This document shows, piece by piece, positions 1 through 13,828 of a stretch of DNA of 64,000 nucleotides. Location: assembly GCA_028534125.1 (NCBI GenBank), contig CM052817.1:94118001-94182000 (forward strand), read 5' to 3'. The stretch comes from Lama glama (taxonomy: Eukaryota). The notes under the pieces were generated by a model, which was not told where the DNA came from, did not search any database, and was given only the letters and a program-made list of their open reading frames with translations. Numbering within the stretch: position 1 is the first letter of the stretch; every line of letters begins with the position of its first letter. Both the position numbers and the translations under genes were made by a program.

Positions 1-89
1 ATTCTGAAGAGCATAACTTTTGTTACATTTTCAGACAAACGTGAGAATCTCTAGAGCTGGGATTTAATCACAGCTAAACGTGGTTTATA

Positions 90-270
90 GCTTACCTTGT
101 GCAAAGTCCCTTAATATATTATCTTTAACCTACATGGTAATCCTATGAAATGGACATCATTCATTATCTCCCTTTTACAGATAAGAAAATGGAAGGCCAG
201 AGAGGTTAAGCAATTTGTCTGAAGTCACACAGCTGGCATTCAACAGACTGTTGAGTCGATTGAACCTAGG
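90..270 (-). mobile_element. MIR SINE
   Basis: Core ttttacagataagaaaatggaaggccagagaggttaagcaatttgtctgaagtcacacagct. Confidence 0.75.
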
Positions 271-914
271 CCTACGGAACTTGAGAGCATGTGTAATTTC
301 CACGTCGCCATGTTGCCATTTTACTATAGCCTCTATTTTGCATGAAAGAACAGAAAATATGAATAAACAAGTTCATACAGCACTCGAAATACAGGGACTG
401 ATAAAATAACCATCAAAAAAAATCCTGATTTACGATATTTCAAGGGGAAAAAAAAGAACAAATACAAGTTACTCTCAACAGGACTGTTAAGAACATGAGA
501 CAAGAAACAGGTGTGAGGATGCTCGCAGAGGTCTGGTCCTACTCTTTGTTTCAACACTTGAGCAGAATGAGGGCCTGGAAGCCTCAGGAGCTTTTCTGTG
601 TTCATGTTTGAACTCAAACCCAGCACACCCCTCTCACTCAGAGAGAAAGAGGGGGCCAGGATATCACTGTGTTCTGGAATATGAAGATGAGAAACAACTG
701 GCTAGTTCTCCTCAAGACATATAGACAGTTTCTATTTGGCAGATCACAGTATGACATACCAGGTCAAAATCATCTATTCTTATGCTTTACAGATTGAAAA
801 GGGTCCTTTTCTGGGGGAGAACAGGGAGACAGAGCATCGTGAAACACACGAGGGCCAATGGGATTCAGGGAGACTCCCATGTAAAGTACTCTCCTATGGG
901 CTGGCCGCGAGGGG

Positions 915-1020
915 CCACCTCATTTAATCCTTAGGACAGGGGATGTGGGGCCCGGGCTCTATCACTATTTTGCAGATGAGAAGACTGAGGTGTGATGACC
1001 CTAGTGTCTTCCCCAAGGTG
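915..1020 (-). mobile_element. MIR SINE fragment
   Basis: ctcatttaatcct...attttgcagatgagaagactgagg. Confidence 0.65.
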
Positions 1021-1957
1021 TCTCTGGGTAGTCATTTGTGTTACTTTATGGCAGCCAGCCACCTTCAACATGAGGGGTGTCCTCTCGTCCCCGTCCCCCT
1101 TTCCCAGGGCCTACCTTGTTCCCTGAGTACAGATTCACTTCCCAGTCACCTGCACGTCACTCTGCTCACCTTCCATCAGGCACACAGGGGGACACCAGCT
1201 GGCACACACACCAGCACCGACATTTAATAGTAGTATTTTCCAACGGCCCACGACCTTTGAACTGACCGATATTTGGCAGCCCACTCAGTTGTCTGTAAAA
1301 GGCTTGCACGACTCTTTGGCAAACTCCAGCCACAAAAGTGAGTTTGTACCGTCCAAGGGAATGATTCGCACCATGGAAGGGAAACTTCATCCCGGCCCAA
1401 GCAAAGAATGAGGAAGATAAATCTTTAGGAAAAAAGAAATCTCCAAAGCCAAAGAGAAACTCATTCTTTTTGGATGATCTATCGCCCTCCTCCCATAAGG
1501 CAGATCATTAGGGTTACCTGGAATCTCTAGTTTTACACCAGCGCCAAAAACTAGGTATTAATCTATTTTTATAGATGATGAAAATAAGCCTCAGAGGTTA
1601 AAAAACTTGCCCCGGCCCATCCAGGTGGTAAGTGCCAGGACTGAGTTTCTTCAAACTCACTCACCTTTGGTAAGGCACTCCCCTCCCGAGAAAACAAACA
1701 GCCGAGCAAAATGAAGGGGAAACACTCCTTCTCTTTGAGCGCATGATTAAAAACAGTTAAAACTTTTGGCTCAATGATCCAGCCTTCCACCTTTTTGGCT
1801 ACCTACGGTGAATGTCCAAAAGGACAGTCATCCCACGTCCACATACTTTCTTACCTGCTGAGGTTCCGACTTCAGGTCGCTCCTCCTCCGTTGAGCTGGG
1901 CAGGCACAGCCTCACTAGCTTAATTAAGACTTAGCCTAGAAATAGGCTTTCTGAGGC

Positions 1958-2140
1958 CAGCGGTTTCCAATTTGAATCTGCACCAGCAGAACCGTGAGGG
2001 CTTGTTAAAGCGCGGGCTCTATGCACGGAGGTTTGGAGTCAGCAGATCTGGGCTGGGGGCTGAGAATCTGTATTTCTTTCATGTTCTCTGGTGATGCCGA
2101 TGCAGCTGGTCTGGCTGGGGACCACATTCTGAGAATTGCT
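1958..2140. mobile_element. MER5A-like hAT-Charlie MITE
   Basis: gcagatctgggctgggggctgagaatctgtatttct...ggtgatgccgatgcagctggtc...gaccacattctgagaa. Confidence 0.75.
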
Positions 2141-3489
2141 CTTCCAGACCCTCACTCAGATCTTGTCCCCGGGGGTCTACGTCTCCAGAAGCAGGAGGAG
2201 ATAAGACAAATTCAAGGAAAGAGTGCTTCTGCATCAGGTCGAGAGCAGCTGGCCAGTGCCTCCCTCCCCGAGAGCCCTACTCAGTTCCTTCTAGAACCTC
2301 CGAAGATGCAATGGGCCCTTCTGATTGACAGGCTACCCAGTCCCACCTCTTTGAACCAGACATCAGGAAAAAAGAAAAAAGAAAAAGAACATTGAAAGGA
2401 CCATCTGAAGGGCAAATTAAGTTCCCCACCCCTCCCAAAGGGTACTTACTCCACGCAGTAGGAAAAAGGTGTTAACCTCCTTGCCCCTCCCCCAGAAACT
2501 CCACTCCTTAGCATCATGACCCAATTACTGATCTTCCTTTTTGTGGGGGAGCTGGATTCAGCTTAGATGTGTCACCATCAATGTTGACAGTCTCATGCTG
2601 TGTCAGACAAACTACATTTTGTAAAGACATTTATCACAAAATAAAGGAACTGATACACCTACTAAAAATATCCTCCCAGAAATCTTATTTGATCATCCCA
2701 GAGAAACATGCACAAAAACAAATCGACACCATCAACACATGGGAACTCCCAGTTCTTTTTTCTCTTTAGACTAATGGTTTCTGAAAGTGCTTTTAACCAT
2801 GCAGATTAGAGAGGCTGGAGTCAATTCTATAACATTTGATGGCTGCTGGGGTAACTATTGATTTTTTTTTCACCTCAAATGACACTCAATTAAGGAACAT
2901 GGACAAATCATTACTGTTTCCAGCTTGAATGGTAATTTATAAAGTTTTAGGGGTTAGAACATAGGAAGTATTTTTAGCATGGAAGATGTGTTACAGGCTG
3001 GAATGCTTGTGGGAAATATCTCTTACATGAAGAATTCCTGCTCCAAAATGCCTTGATTAATTAACACAAACATCTTTGAGGAAAAAGGGCGCAGCATCTC
3101 ATGTCTAGCAGGACACTGGCAGGGTTCTTTGGAAACTCCAGAGCAAGCCAAATGCAGTGAAGCCAGGCCTCTTGCATTCATGGCTGGTCCAGTTCCAGGG
3201 AAACGCCTTGGGCTTGGGAGAGCTCTGGAAAGGCTCTGCTCTAGTTGGCACTGAACCGAAGTCCATTTTGCCTTCTGCTCCCAGGTCCCCCGAGAGAGTG
3301 AGTCAGCCTCAGCGCCCTGGGGGTGTGAGCTGTGCTGAGCCCTGGAGGAACCGCATCAAGAATAACCCCAGTGCTCTGCCAGTTCTTCACCCTGAGACTG
3401 TCCTTCCAGAACTCTACACTGGAATGAAGCATTATGGAAAAGAAATACAGTATTTACTGAAAGTATCCTTCTGAGATTTTTTTTAACAT

Positions 3490-3660
3490 ACGTTATTTTG
3501 TTTAGTTCTCACATTAACCCTGCAAGACAGGGATGAGCCTCTTCTATTACACACGGGGGGACAAAGGGTGTTCAGGGAGGTTCAGTAATATGCTCAGCAT
3601 CACACAGCACATTAGTGACAGATCTCAGATAAGGGCCAGAGCCGGTTCACTCCAAAGTCA
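3490..3660 (-). mobile_element. MIR SINE (degenerate)
   Basis: ctcacattaaccctgcaag...tcagggaggttcagtaatatgctcagcatcacacagc. Confidence 0.55.
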
Positions 3661-4769
3661 CCATCTAGTCTACCAGATCCCTCTCATTATCTACAGGAAG
3701 GGGAAAAATTCACAACAGGTCTACAAAATTTATTTTTAAGCCACTCAGACAGTGAGTGGGGAACAAGCAGTTGGCAGGTTTTCATCAATGTCAAGGAGCG
3801 ATTCCTACCAGCAGGTCCTTGGGCAACACTTGCACTAGGTACTTCTGGGTTTACAACCTTCCCATCTCCTGGCTCCCCTCCTACCACCCAGAGCCTGCAT
3901 TATCCCCTCTATCAGAGCTCCCTTCCAGCTTCTGGAGTTTTCCAGAACCCTGATGTGGTCTCCCATTCAGTGTTATAAAGACCATGTAATTGTAATAGTG
4001 TCTCCCCTACAAGAAAAAAAAAATCTAGTAAAAGAGAGGCAAATGTCTCTTGCTTAAAAATGAATAAACATTTCCCTTCCCACCACCTACCTCTTATCAA
4101 TAATTCCATTGCTTCCATATACATGGGCTCAACTTGTGAAATGAGAGTAAAATGTTGTCTAAGTAAAGTAATTTGCACCACGCAAATGACAAATGGGTTC
4201 ATCTCTTCAAAGAGAAATCTGTGTTTTAGAGCTTTCAATGAATTCTAATGCTGCATGGGGAATTTTATGAGCTGGCAGGGTTTTTCTAGATGTATTCCTT
4301 CCTGACTCGATCTTTCATCCCCCAAGCAGTGAAGGGACTGCTTACACAGGCATCCCCCACATGAAAGTCGTTCATATCTGGTCTAACATGACCAGGTTTT
4401 GACTTGGTGAGCCTTCCCATGGCTGTGGTTTCTCCAAAATAAAGAGATGTAATCTTTCCATGAATAATCTTCTACCGGGGAGTGGAATGATGCCAAGAAA
4501 ACCCACTGGAGTCAAAGGCAGCTGTGAGATTTCCCCAAATTCCAGAAGAACTGAATGATGTAGTTTCCTCCCCAAATATTTCATTAATATATGTCACAAA
4601 ACTTAAAAAAAAATTTTATGCAAAGTAGCCAAAATACTCTTTGTTCAGACATGCTACTTGCTTAGGATTGTTGAATAGCTGGAAAGTCCTGTCTTGTTTA
4701 GCATCGGAGCACACAACAGCCAGAGCCATAGCAACTCTGAGAAACTGAAATGTTAAACTTGACATTTAC

Positions 4770-5567
4770 CTTTTTATTTGAAGAATAGTTGGTTTACAAT
4801 GTTGTGTGAATTTCTGGTGTATAGCATAGTGATTCAGTTATACACATATACATTTTCCTTTTCCTATTCTTTTTCATTATAGGTTATTATAAGGTGTTGA
4901 ATATAGTTCCCTCTATGATACAGCAAAAATTTGTTGTTTATCTATTTTATATATAGTAGTTAGTATCTGCCAATCTATCCCTTCCCTCTCCCCTTCCCCC
5001 TGAGAATCATGTTTGTTTTCTATGTCTGTGAGTCTGTTGGTAAATAAGTTCATTTTTGTCATTTTGTTTAGATTCTGCATATAAGTGATACTGTATGGTA
5101 GTTGTCTTTCTCTTTCTGCCTTACTTTACTTGGTATGACAATCTCCAGGTCTATCCCTATTACTGCAAATGGCATTATTTTATTCTTTTTTATGGCTGAG
5201 CAGTATTCCATTGTGTGTGTGTGTGTATATCACAACTTCTTTATCCAATCATCTGTTGATGGACATTTAGGTCACTTCCATGTCTTGGTTATTGTAAATA
5301 GTGCTGCTGTGAACATTGGGGTGCATGTGTCTTTTCAAATTAGCATTTTCTCTGGATATATGCCCAAGACTGGGATTGCTGGATCATATGGTAAGTCTAT
5401 TTTTAGTTTTTTAAGGAATCTCCATACTGTTCTCCATAGTGGCTGCACCAAACCACATTCCCACCAACAGTGTAGGAGGGTTCCTTTTCTCCACACCCTC
5501 TCCAGTATTTATCATTTGTAGACTTTTTAATGATGGCCATTTTGACCAGTATGAGATGATACTTCAC
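4770..5567 (-). mobile_element. 5'-truncated LINE-1 (3' UTR plus ORF2 end), artiodactyl/camelid type
   Basis: Poly-T then ttgaagaatagttggtttacaatgttgtg...; antisense ORF2 C-terminal sequence (ccatagtggctgcaccaaaccacattcccaccaacagtgtagg). Confidence 0.9.
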
Positions 5568-6089
5568 TTTTGAGGCAAAAGTTACATAAAGTTTTCTTTT
5601 TCTTATTATTAAGAAATAATCATCTGTGCATTCAAAAATTCAACGGTGTATGTTCCAGAGCAGACCGGACAAAGACTCCTTTCCTGATGTGGAAGGTCAA
5701 GCTTGCTTCCTGTAATAGTTGGAAATGAAAAGAGGGAAAAATGTGAATAGTGGGCACAGGAAACAGGTATATGCAGGTAGAACCTAGGAAACACAGGTAG
5801 AAAACCCTGCCTTCTGCTCTTCATCACCTAATCTACATACTGATCAGTCACTGGCTCTGAAGGCACCTGCTCTAGGGATGAGCGATGTTAGAAACGTCAG
5901 AAGAGCAGAGTATTGCGGACTATCACTCGGAGCCTTTTCACACACCATACACTTCAGTACCCCCAGCCTCCTAACTATCTCTCAGTCATTACCAGGCCCT
6001 GTGTCCTTGGGCCTTTGCCCAAGCTATTTCCTCCTCCAGGAACACACTCACCCAACCCTCAATTTTCCTCCTGCTAATTAAGTGTTATT

Positions 6090-6360
6090 CATGTCTCAAG
6101 TCCCATCTCAAATGTAACTTTCTTCAAGATGCCTTTCCTGATCCTTCTCCAGGAGGGCACATTTCTTAAGCACTATCTTTGGATTTACCAAATAAGCCTT
6201 CTATTATAGTTATTTGTGTTTAGTACTTGTCATTTTCCCCCTACTAGAACTCCCACCAGGAAGGGAACCGTGGCTTCCCCATCCTTGCACTTGTGGTGAT
6301 GCTTGGCACAATGTCTTGAGCACAGAAGATATCCAATAGATATGTTATTTAATGGAAGTA
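6090..6360 (+). mobile_element. LINE-2 3' end
   Basis: ctcaaatgtaactttcttcaagatgcctttcctga...ggcacaatgtcttgagcacagaagatatccaataga. Confidence 0.6.
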
Positions 6361-7464
6361 TGGAGGAAACTATGGAGGGGAAAGAAGAGACATAATCCTA
6401 GAATAGTCCCTGCTTTCTCCCTTGGAAAAAGGAAAGAAAGATCTTTTTTAAACTCTTCCCATCTCCCAGGACTCTTGCCCTGTCTTGCTCTGAATATGAA
6501 ATTCAGGTTATTCTTCTTGCATTTTCCCTTCAGTTAGTTGTGATCCTGAACAGAGGTGAGAATACTGGTCTAGAGGGACCAGGGTGGGCACAGGCTGGTG
6601 CTCACCATGCAGAACAAGAAGTAACAGGAGACTAGGGTTTGGATAACCAGGACTGTTTGTTCTCTCCCACATGAACTCGCTTGGCAGCCTTGCAGGTCAG
6701 TCTCTACATTGAAGCTTTATATCCAGTTCAAAAATATAATTCATTTGTGTCTTTTTGACATCTGGGGACCTCTAACAACAGATTCTAGCATCCTGTGGCT
6801 TTGTGGTCTCCTCTAGGCAATGGTATAGATCAGCCTAATTTTTTTTTTCTAGAATACTGAAAAATAGGCCATTCTGTTTATTTGACTTATCAGGTTAAAA
6901 CATAATTACATATATGGTATAGGAAAATTACCGTACTCAAAGATACAACATTCAGCAAGATTCAATGAACACTAAACATAAGATTAACACAATTTCATTT
7001 TTGTTAGAATGTCCTTGAAGATTTAAAAATAATTCACAATTAGTTACTATTATACAGGACTGTAAAAAAAATATCGAAATCTCTAGCATTGTGGAAAATG
7101 GTTGGCTTTTTTTTTTTAACATTACTCCAATATGATACAAAAATAATAGAAAAAACTAGCTTCCCCAATTTACACTACTTGAGGAATACAGTTTATGAAA
7201 TATATGTGAAGATTATATTTATCTCATCCTGTTCTCTATATAATTTCACCAAGCTATTATTAATATCAATGTTATAGCCATATGTCTACATGTACTTCTT
7301 TAAAAAATCCACAATATGCATATAGAATACCATATTCTTGATGTGACAAACGTGAATTATAAATAAAAGCAACAACAATAACAGTCACACTGAATAGTTA
7401 CTCTTTTCCAGGCACTAAATTCCTTACATTATCTCATTCTTTTTTTTTCGTTGCTATAATTAAC

Positions 7465-7870
7465 TTTATTTTTTTAAATTGAAATACAGTCAGTTGACAA
7501 CATTGTATCAATTTCTGGTGCACAGCATAATGTTTTAGTCATACGTGGACATATATATATCCCTTTTTATATTCTTTATCATTCATACACAAGATATGAA
7601 TATAGTTCCTTGTACTACACCACAGAAACTTGTTTATTTATTTTATATATAGTAGTTAGTATCTGCAAATCTCGAACTCTCAATTTATCCCTTCCCACCC
7701 CTTTTCCCCCCTGGTAAGTATAAATTTGTTCTCTTTGTGAGTCTGTTTCTGTTTTGTAAATAAGTACATTTGTGCTGGTTTTTTAGATTCCATAGATAAG
7801 TGATATCTTTCTCTTGCCGGCTTACTTCACTTAGTATGACGATCTCCAGGTCTATCCATGTTGCTGCAAA
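7465..7870 (-). mobile_element. 5'-truncated LINE-1 3' end
   Basis: Same 3' UTR as the other copies; ends tccatgttgctgcaaa. Confidence 0.88.
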
Positions 7871-9915
7871 ACAACCTAATTTTTTAACCCCAATCGAAAC
7901 GTCATTTTAGGTAGCTCAGGAAAGATCCTCCCTGTTAAGTACTTTCACAGTGCCTGATTACCCTTGGGACATTTTATGTTTACTAATAACTCAGTAGTTC
8001 CCATTCCAGCAAGGGTGGACTCCCCCACGGAGCAGCCTCACCCAAGTCCGGCTGCCAAGGCTTCTCTTCCCACACCACCACTGCCCACCGGGGGCCGGGG
8101 CCAGGCCTTCTGTCCTCAAGGGCTGGTGCTCCCGAAGGACCTGAACTGCGGACAAGGAGGAGAAGTCAATTTGCAGCCGTGTGCAGTTTCCTTAAGACTT
8201 TGGCCCCTCTCCAGGGGTGGTGTGAGGTTAAGGAGAGGCTTGCCCTTGGCTCCCCTGCATCTGCCCTGGTCATTTCTGTGTAGTGTGTCCAGCACAGCCT
8301 CCCTCCTCTTCCTTCCCTCCCCGCCCCAATCCTGTGCGCTCTGCCAACCTTGGCTGCAGCCAGGTAACTCACTTTCAGTCCCCCTTTCTTAAGGCATCAA
8401 CACCAGGGTAATCTACTTCCATTATCTCAAATCTAGCTCCGAAGTTGGAAACTGAATAGTACCTATTGCTTCCTCCTCGGCTGACCACTCCGGATTTTGT
8501 TAGTTTCCCAGGAACAAGCCGACTAGGGGCTCAGAGGGCAGAGCTGGGAGACCCTGGGGGCCAGGGCTAGTGCTCTCAGACTCGAAGATGAATCCTTCCT
8601 CCAAGCGACTATGCCCAGGGGCACCTCCTAGACCAATCAGACCTGAGAAAGGAGGAATGGGTTTCTTTTTCCCTAGCCTGCCTACCCCCCAGCCCACCCC
8701 ACCCCCAGCACACGCCTGGGTCAGGTTCTGAATAGCCCGGTCTCAGTATTTTTCTCTGTGAGTCCCTCTTCCCACGTGCCCCCTGCAACAAAGGCCTGTA
8801 GAGGAGACTCTGCCCCTTTCCTGTAGGTGAGTGAGAAGATGCCCAAACTCCCCACATCATTGCACTTTCGCCTATAAAACAAGTGGTGCCAAGTGACAGA
8901 GGATGAAACAGAAGCTGAGGGGACCTAAGACAATGTCTACCTGCTTTGCAGTTTCTCCAGGGGCCTCCCTATATGATCCTCAACAATGTACCTTCAACTC
9001 TTCTCCAGTCACACTGGCAGGTGTGCAAGGAAGTGTCAATGCCTGGAAGCTCTGCAGACACATCTCCTGGGAATCCTTCCCGAGGATGGGAGGAAGGGTA
9101 GTAGATCTCTTCCCCATCCAATTCTTTAACCTGATTTTCTTCGGCAAATTCGCAAGTACAAAGGAAGAGGACAAGTGTAGCAGTTCAGTGCAGGGTCTTG
9201 AAGTCAGGGAAGTCTGGCTTCAAACTGTGACTCTGCGATTCATGAGTTTTATGGCTTTCAGCTTTCTTGGTCTGTCTTTCCTCCAGTGACTAATGGAGAT
9301 CACATTGGGGCTGTGAAGATAGTACACCTCCTTAGCACCGTTTAGACTCAACATTGGTGGTCATTACCAGTATGGAGCAAGGTCTCAAGTCCACCTGGTA
9401 ATATGTGTGAATGGCGCCCCCGGAACTGTGCCGGTCAGTGTGTGCCTGCAGCAGCATTTTATCTATAGCCCTGGAAGATGTAAGTAAAAAGGAGGGTCTT
9501 CAAAGTCCACGTGAAGCAGAAGGTAGACAGCTAGTGGGAAATTCTCAGCAGCAGCAATTCCATTTCCAATTTTGCCTGAGTATAAATTTGGTTCAGGGCA
9601 ATTCTGGAGCTAGAGAGAAAGTAATTCTTTTTTTTTTTTTCCTACATCAAGGGAATGTATGATACATTGCAGAACTTACTTAAAAAGGAGACTTGGTTTT
9701 TGATCCAATAAACACCTTGGACTTTTTAAAAGAACACTGTAAAAAATAGAAAGGAACTTTATTACTTCAAGTTCACGTCAGGGAACACTAACCAGAATTT
9801 CTGAGTGTGTAATGGGGTATTAGGCACAAATAGGAGGGATGTTATGCAGATTAGACATAATTAGACAGGATGATTAGACATAATCGTTGCCATCAAGGAG
9901 CTTCTAATATAAAGA

Positions 9916-10080
9916 GCAGCGATCCTTAACCTGAGGTTACAGTGAGCCTCAGAGGACTCGTGAACCTCCTGAAATTGTATATACAACTGTGTGTGTATTT
10001 GTGAGCAATTTCTGGTGAGCTTTCTTCAGATTCTCAAAGGGATCCACAAAAATTAAAAAAAAAAAGATTTAGAACTACAG
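9916..10080. mobile_element. hAT-Charlie MITE (MER103-like)
   Basis: cagcgatccttaacctg...gtgaacctcctgaaattgtata...ctttcttcagattctcaaagggatcc...agaactacag. Confidence 0.55.
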
Positions 10081-11081
10081 ATCAAGACAGAAGAATCATT
10101 TACTTGTAGCAATTTTCCTATGGAATGCCACAAAAATAGGCTATTCACAGTCATCTAACTCTGGGTTTCTCACTCTGGTTTAGATAAAGGACGAGCTTAA
10201 TTCTCGGCCTGCGGAATCTAAAGATACCCTGGGTCTTTCATTCCTCTGTAAACATGTGATTTTTCAATACATTTGGATTTTTCAGAAATCGTTCACAAAA
10301 CTTGTGCCAAGATCTATGGCCCCCTTGGTATATTCCTCGTGGGCTGCCGTGAGCCACACGATAATTTATGACCAGCCCGCTGTGTTGAGCCCTCCTCCCT
10401 GTATGACTAACAGGAAGAGAAGTTTGGCAGCCACACAGCCTTAATGAATGAAAAATGCAAACTCTGCAAAACCTTCTGCATTGAAATCCCCCGGAGTCTT
10501 GATGGAGACACAGTTCCAAAAAGCCTGCATTTCCAAGATGCAATTTACTGCCCTCAGAGGTTTGCTGTGGGCCACCCAATGTACATAGGCCCTATTCAAA
10601 CAGATTTTATCAGCCAAGCAGATATGGTGATTTTTATGATAAAATGGGGAAATTTGTTGAAACGAGATGCTTCAGCTGAGCGCGAGAAGTCACGTCTTAT
10701 TGATACATATTTCAGTCTGATTTGCACACAGGGTCAGGAGAGAGACTAAGCTCTGACTCCGCATTGCTCTGCTGCCTTCCACCACCGAATCTTGAAGAAG
10801 GAAGGAGACCCACAGCTGGTTTTACCCTTGGATGGGGTTTTCTTCATAAAAACAAATGGGTATTGAGGAAGAAGCTACCACTGAATTCTCACGGGGAGTA
10901 GCCTGGAATTTCCTCCCATTCGTAGACTTGAGCTCAGCGAGGTGAAGGCTCTGGGGAGGTGCTGGACACAGAGAGGCTGCTTCTTTGTTAGCATATGGAA
11001 GATTGGCTCCCCTGGGGCGTGGGGGTACTATTCACCCTAGAAATGGGATTTTATTTCCCACGCAGGATATAAGATATAGTG

Positions 11082-11180
11082 CAGGTCCAGGATCCATTAT
11101 TCAGAACGCTTGAGGCCAGATGCATTTCAGAATTTGGAATCTTTCATATTTTTAAAAAGTTAATCTGGGGCATAAACTGT
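11082..11180. mobile_element. Tigger-family DNA transposon end (Tigger4/MER46-like)
   Basis: caggtccaggatccattattcagaacgcttgaggccagatgcatttcagaattt. Confidence 0.5.
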
Positions 11181-11948
11181 ACAGCTCAGAGAAGCTGTGG
11201 TACCAGCCCATAATCAAACAGATTCCATTTTTTCCTTCTGCCACCATTAAAGTTATTGATCGCGTCTCCCCTTGTGGTGCCAAGATGCGTCCAACGACTA
11301 CAAGAATATTATTCTCATACAGTGACAAGCAAGAGAAGGGAGAGAAGGACATGGTTTCTTATTATGGGAAAAAGTCTTTCCTAAAAGCCCCAAGGAGACT
11401 TTTCCCAGATACTGCTGCCCAGAACTGGGTCTGAAACGTAATCTAAAACAAATTCCAGGCAAAAATGTATTCTCTGCATTTGGGAGGGATCTATGCCCCC
11501 TAAGCACACTGCTGACAGAGCTGAACAGAAGTTTGGGTGCTTTCTCAGGGAACGTGGAAGGAGTAGCACTGGATAAGGCAACGGACGGTGACTACCACCT
11601 AGACTGTATCAGAGCCAAGGCAGGGTCCGAATTCCTAGAAAAGGAACAGGAGCAACTGCCTAAATGGCCTCTGATTAACGTCTGAGCCATCTGTGATGCT
11701 AATCTATGTGCCTCCTCGAAGAAGAGACCTAAGAAGCTCCTGAGGACACTGAAACTTAGACCTGTGACTCAAGTACACAGACGAATTTTTATTGAAATAA
11801 CCAGAGGTAATTAGTGTCCTATCTTAGGACTTGAAATTAAGGTATGGTGCTTTACTTGTAACACTATAAGGGAAGTGGATGAAGGTAGAGAAAATGAGAA
11901 TAAGAAAATGGAAAATGAGGCAATAAAGAGACAAGCTATAGACCAGAC

Positions 11949-12136
11949 CAGGAGATCAGCGAAGTATGGCCCTTGGGGTAAATCTAGCCTGTTGCCCTGT
12001 TTTCATAAATAAAGATTTATTGACACACAATCATGCTACAACAGTAGAGTTGAGGGATTGCAATGGAGACCATATGGCCTGCAAATACTGAACGTTTAGT
12101 ATGTTGTCTTTTACAGAAAATAGTTAGTAATCCCTG
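11949..12136. mobile_element. MER58A-like hAT-Charlie MITE
   Basis: tatggccc...aaataaagatttattgacacacaatcatgc...gagaccatatggcctgcaaa...tttacagaaaa. Confidence 0.75.
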
Positions 12137-13414
12137 AGCTTGACCAACTCACCAAAGCAAGGTGATAAGAGAACAAGTATAAGGTGACACTCTCCAATCT
12201 CAGGCCAGGGAAGAGTCCCAGAGGAGCTACCAGGGACCCCAATAGATGGGGCAGCAGGGCAACAGGGGATCTAGGTTAAATGTCCTAAAACCTAGTCACA
12301 AGGCCATAGGCATCTGGGAACTTGCACGGCCGTGGTCACTAGGAAGAGGGAAACAGCCAGGGAAAGGCTGGATCCCAGAGCTCACCACAGGACTAAAGGA
12401 TTAAACAGATGACTCGGACAGGAACTCACAATGAAAGCCAAAGCAGATGCACGGTTCTTCCAAATGGGCTTATGAACAAGGCGGGAGGGGGGAGGTGTTT
12501 GTGTACATAAACTCAAGAGTCTGAAGGCAACAACCCCATAATTCAAGTGAGAACCCCACAGATGAGCAACTACAAACCAGGAAGATGAGTGGGCAGCACA
12601 GATTTGTGGCACAGAGCTCGAGCTTCAGTATTATACTTGCGATAAACCCACAAGAGAGCTGAATAGTCATCCTTCACTGGTTTGAGGGAAACCTGGGGCT
12701 ATTGAAATGACTCTACCTGAAGTCAGAATTGTTCTGGGAGGCATCAGAACTGAGCCACGTGGAGAGAGCACAGCAGTTCATCTAAGTCACCAGGGGCAGG
12801 CAGTAGGGGCAGGGACAGCGGGCAGACGAATAAACCTAACGACTTCCACTGGGGGAAATGACTTCATACTGTGGATCTAGAATCACCACTCTCTGCCTTA
12901 GATAGCACTAAAGAAAACTGAACTATTTTTCAATTCTTTTTTTCCCCCAAGATTCCCTTTTATTTCTGTAAGTACAAACACATCAGCTGTATCCTTCTTC
13001 CCCATTCTGTACTTTAATGATGTTGTTGAAACATGAGGCAAAACTATATTTTAGGTTAATGTTTCCTGGTGGCAGCTGGAAAGGCACCTTAACATCAATA
13101 TTAAAAATACTTGGAAATTACATTGTAGGCAGCGAATCCACCCGATAGTGTGAGAATTCTTACAGCTCTATCAAAGAGGGTGTGCCCTTCCAGGGGGCAG
13201 TGTCCTCGTCTCTTCCCGTTCTTCTGCACCCTGATCTCATAGGAAAGCTTCCCTAACCCTTAGAGATTTAGGTAAACTTGGTTTGAACTCCCAGAGTTAC
13301 AGCTTGTATGAGTCCAGGGCCTCCCAACATTTTCTCAAGAATTCCTGGCCTTTGAACCTTCTGGTTCCCTCTAGCTCGGCTCCTCCACCTGTTTCTGTAA
13401 GTTGAGTGTCATCC

Positions 13415-13828
13415 TGTTATGGGTTGACTTACATCTCCCAAGAAAATGTGTTACAGCTCTACCCCTGGTACCTCAGAACGTGACCTTATTTGGATATACG
13501 GTGTTTCCAGAGGCAGTCAGGGTGAAGTCACAAAGATGGGCCCTAATCCAATATGATGGTGTCCTTCTAAATGGGGGGAATTTGCATACAGGAACAGACA
13601 CTCCCAGAGGGATGGAGAAGATGGAGAATGGCCATCTCCAAGACAAGGAATACCTAATGGTCCCAGAAGCTAGGAGAACGCCTTCCCCAGCACCTTCAGA
13701 GGGAGAACAGCCCTGCTGACACTTTCATTTTGGACCCCTGGCTGCCATAACCATGACAATGTGCTTCAGCTGTTTTATGCTACCGAGTGTGTGGTACAAT
13801 TTTGCAGCGGCCCTCGGGAAGTAGTACA
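13415..13828 (+). mobile_element. MaLR solo LTR (MLT1B/C-like)
   Basis: TG...CA termini; ggtacctcagaacgtgaccttatttgga; gggccctaatccaatatga; gccctgctgacact. Confidence 0.85.
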
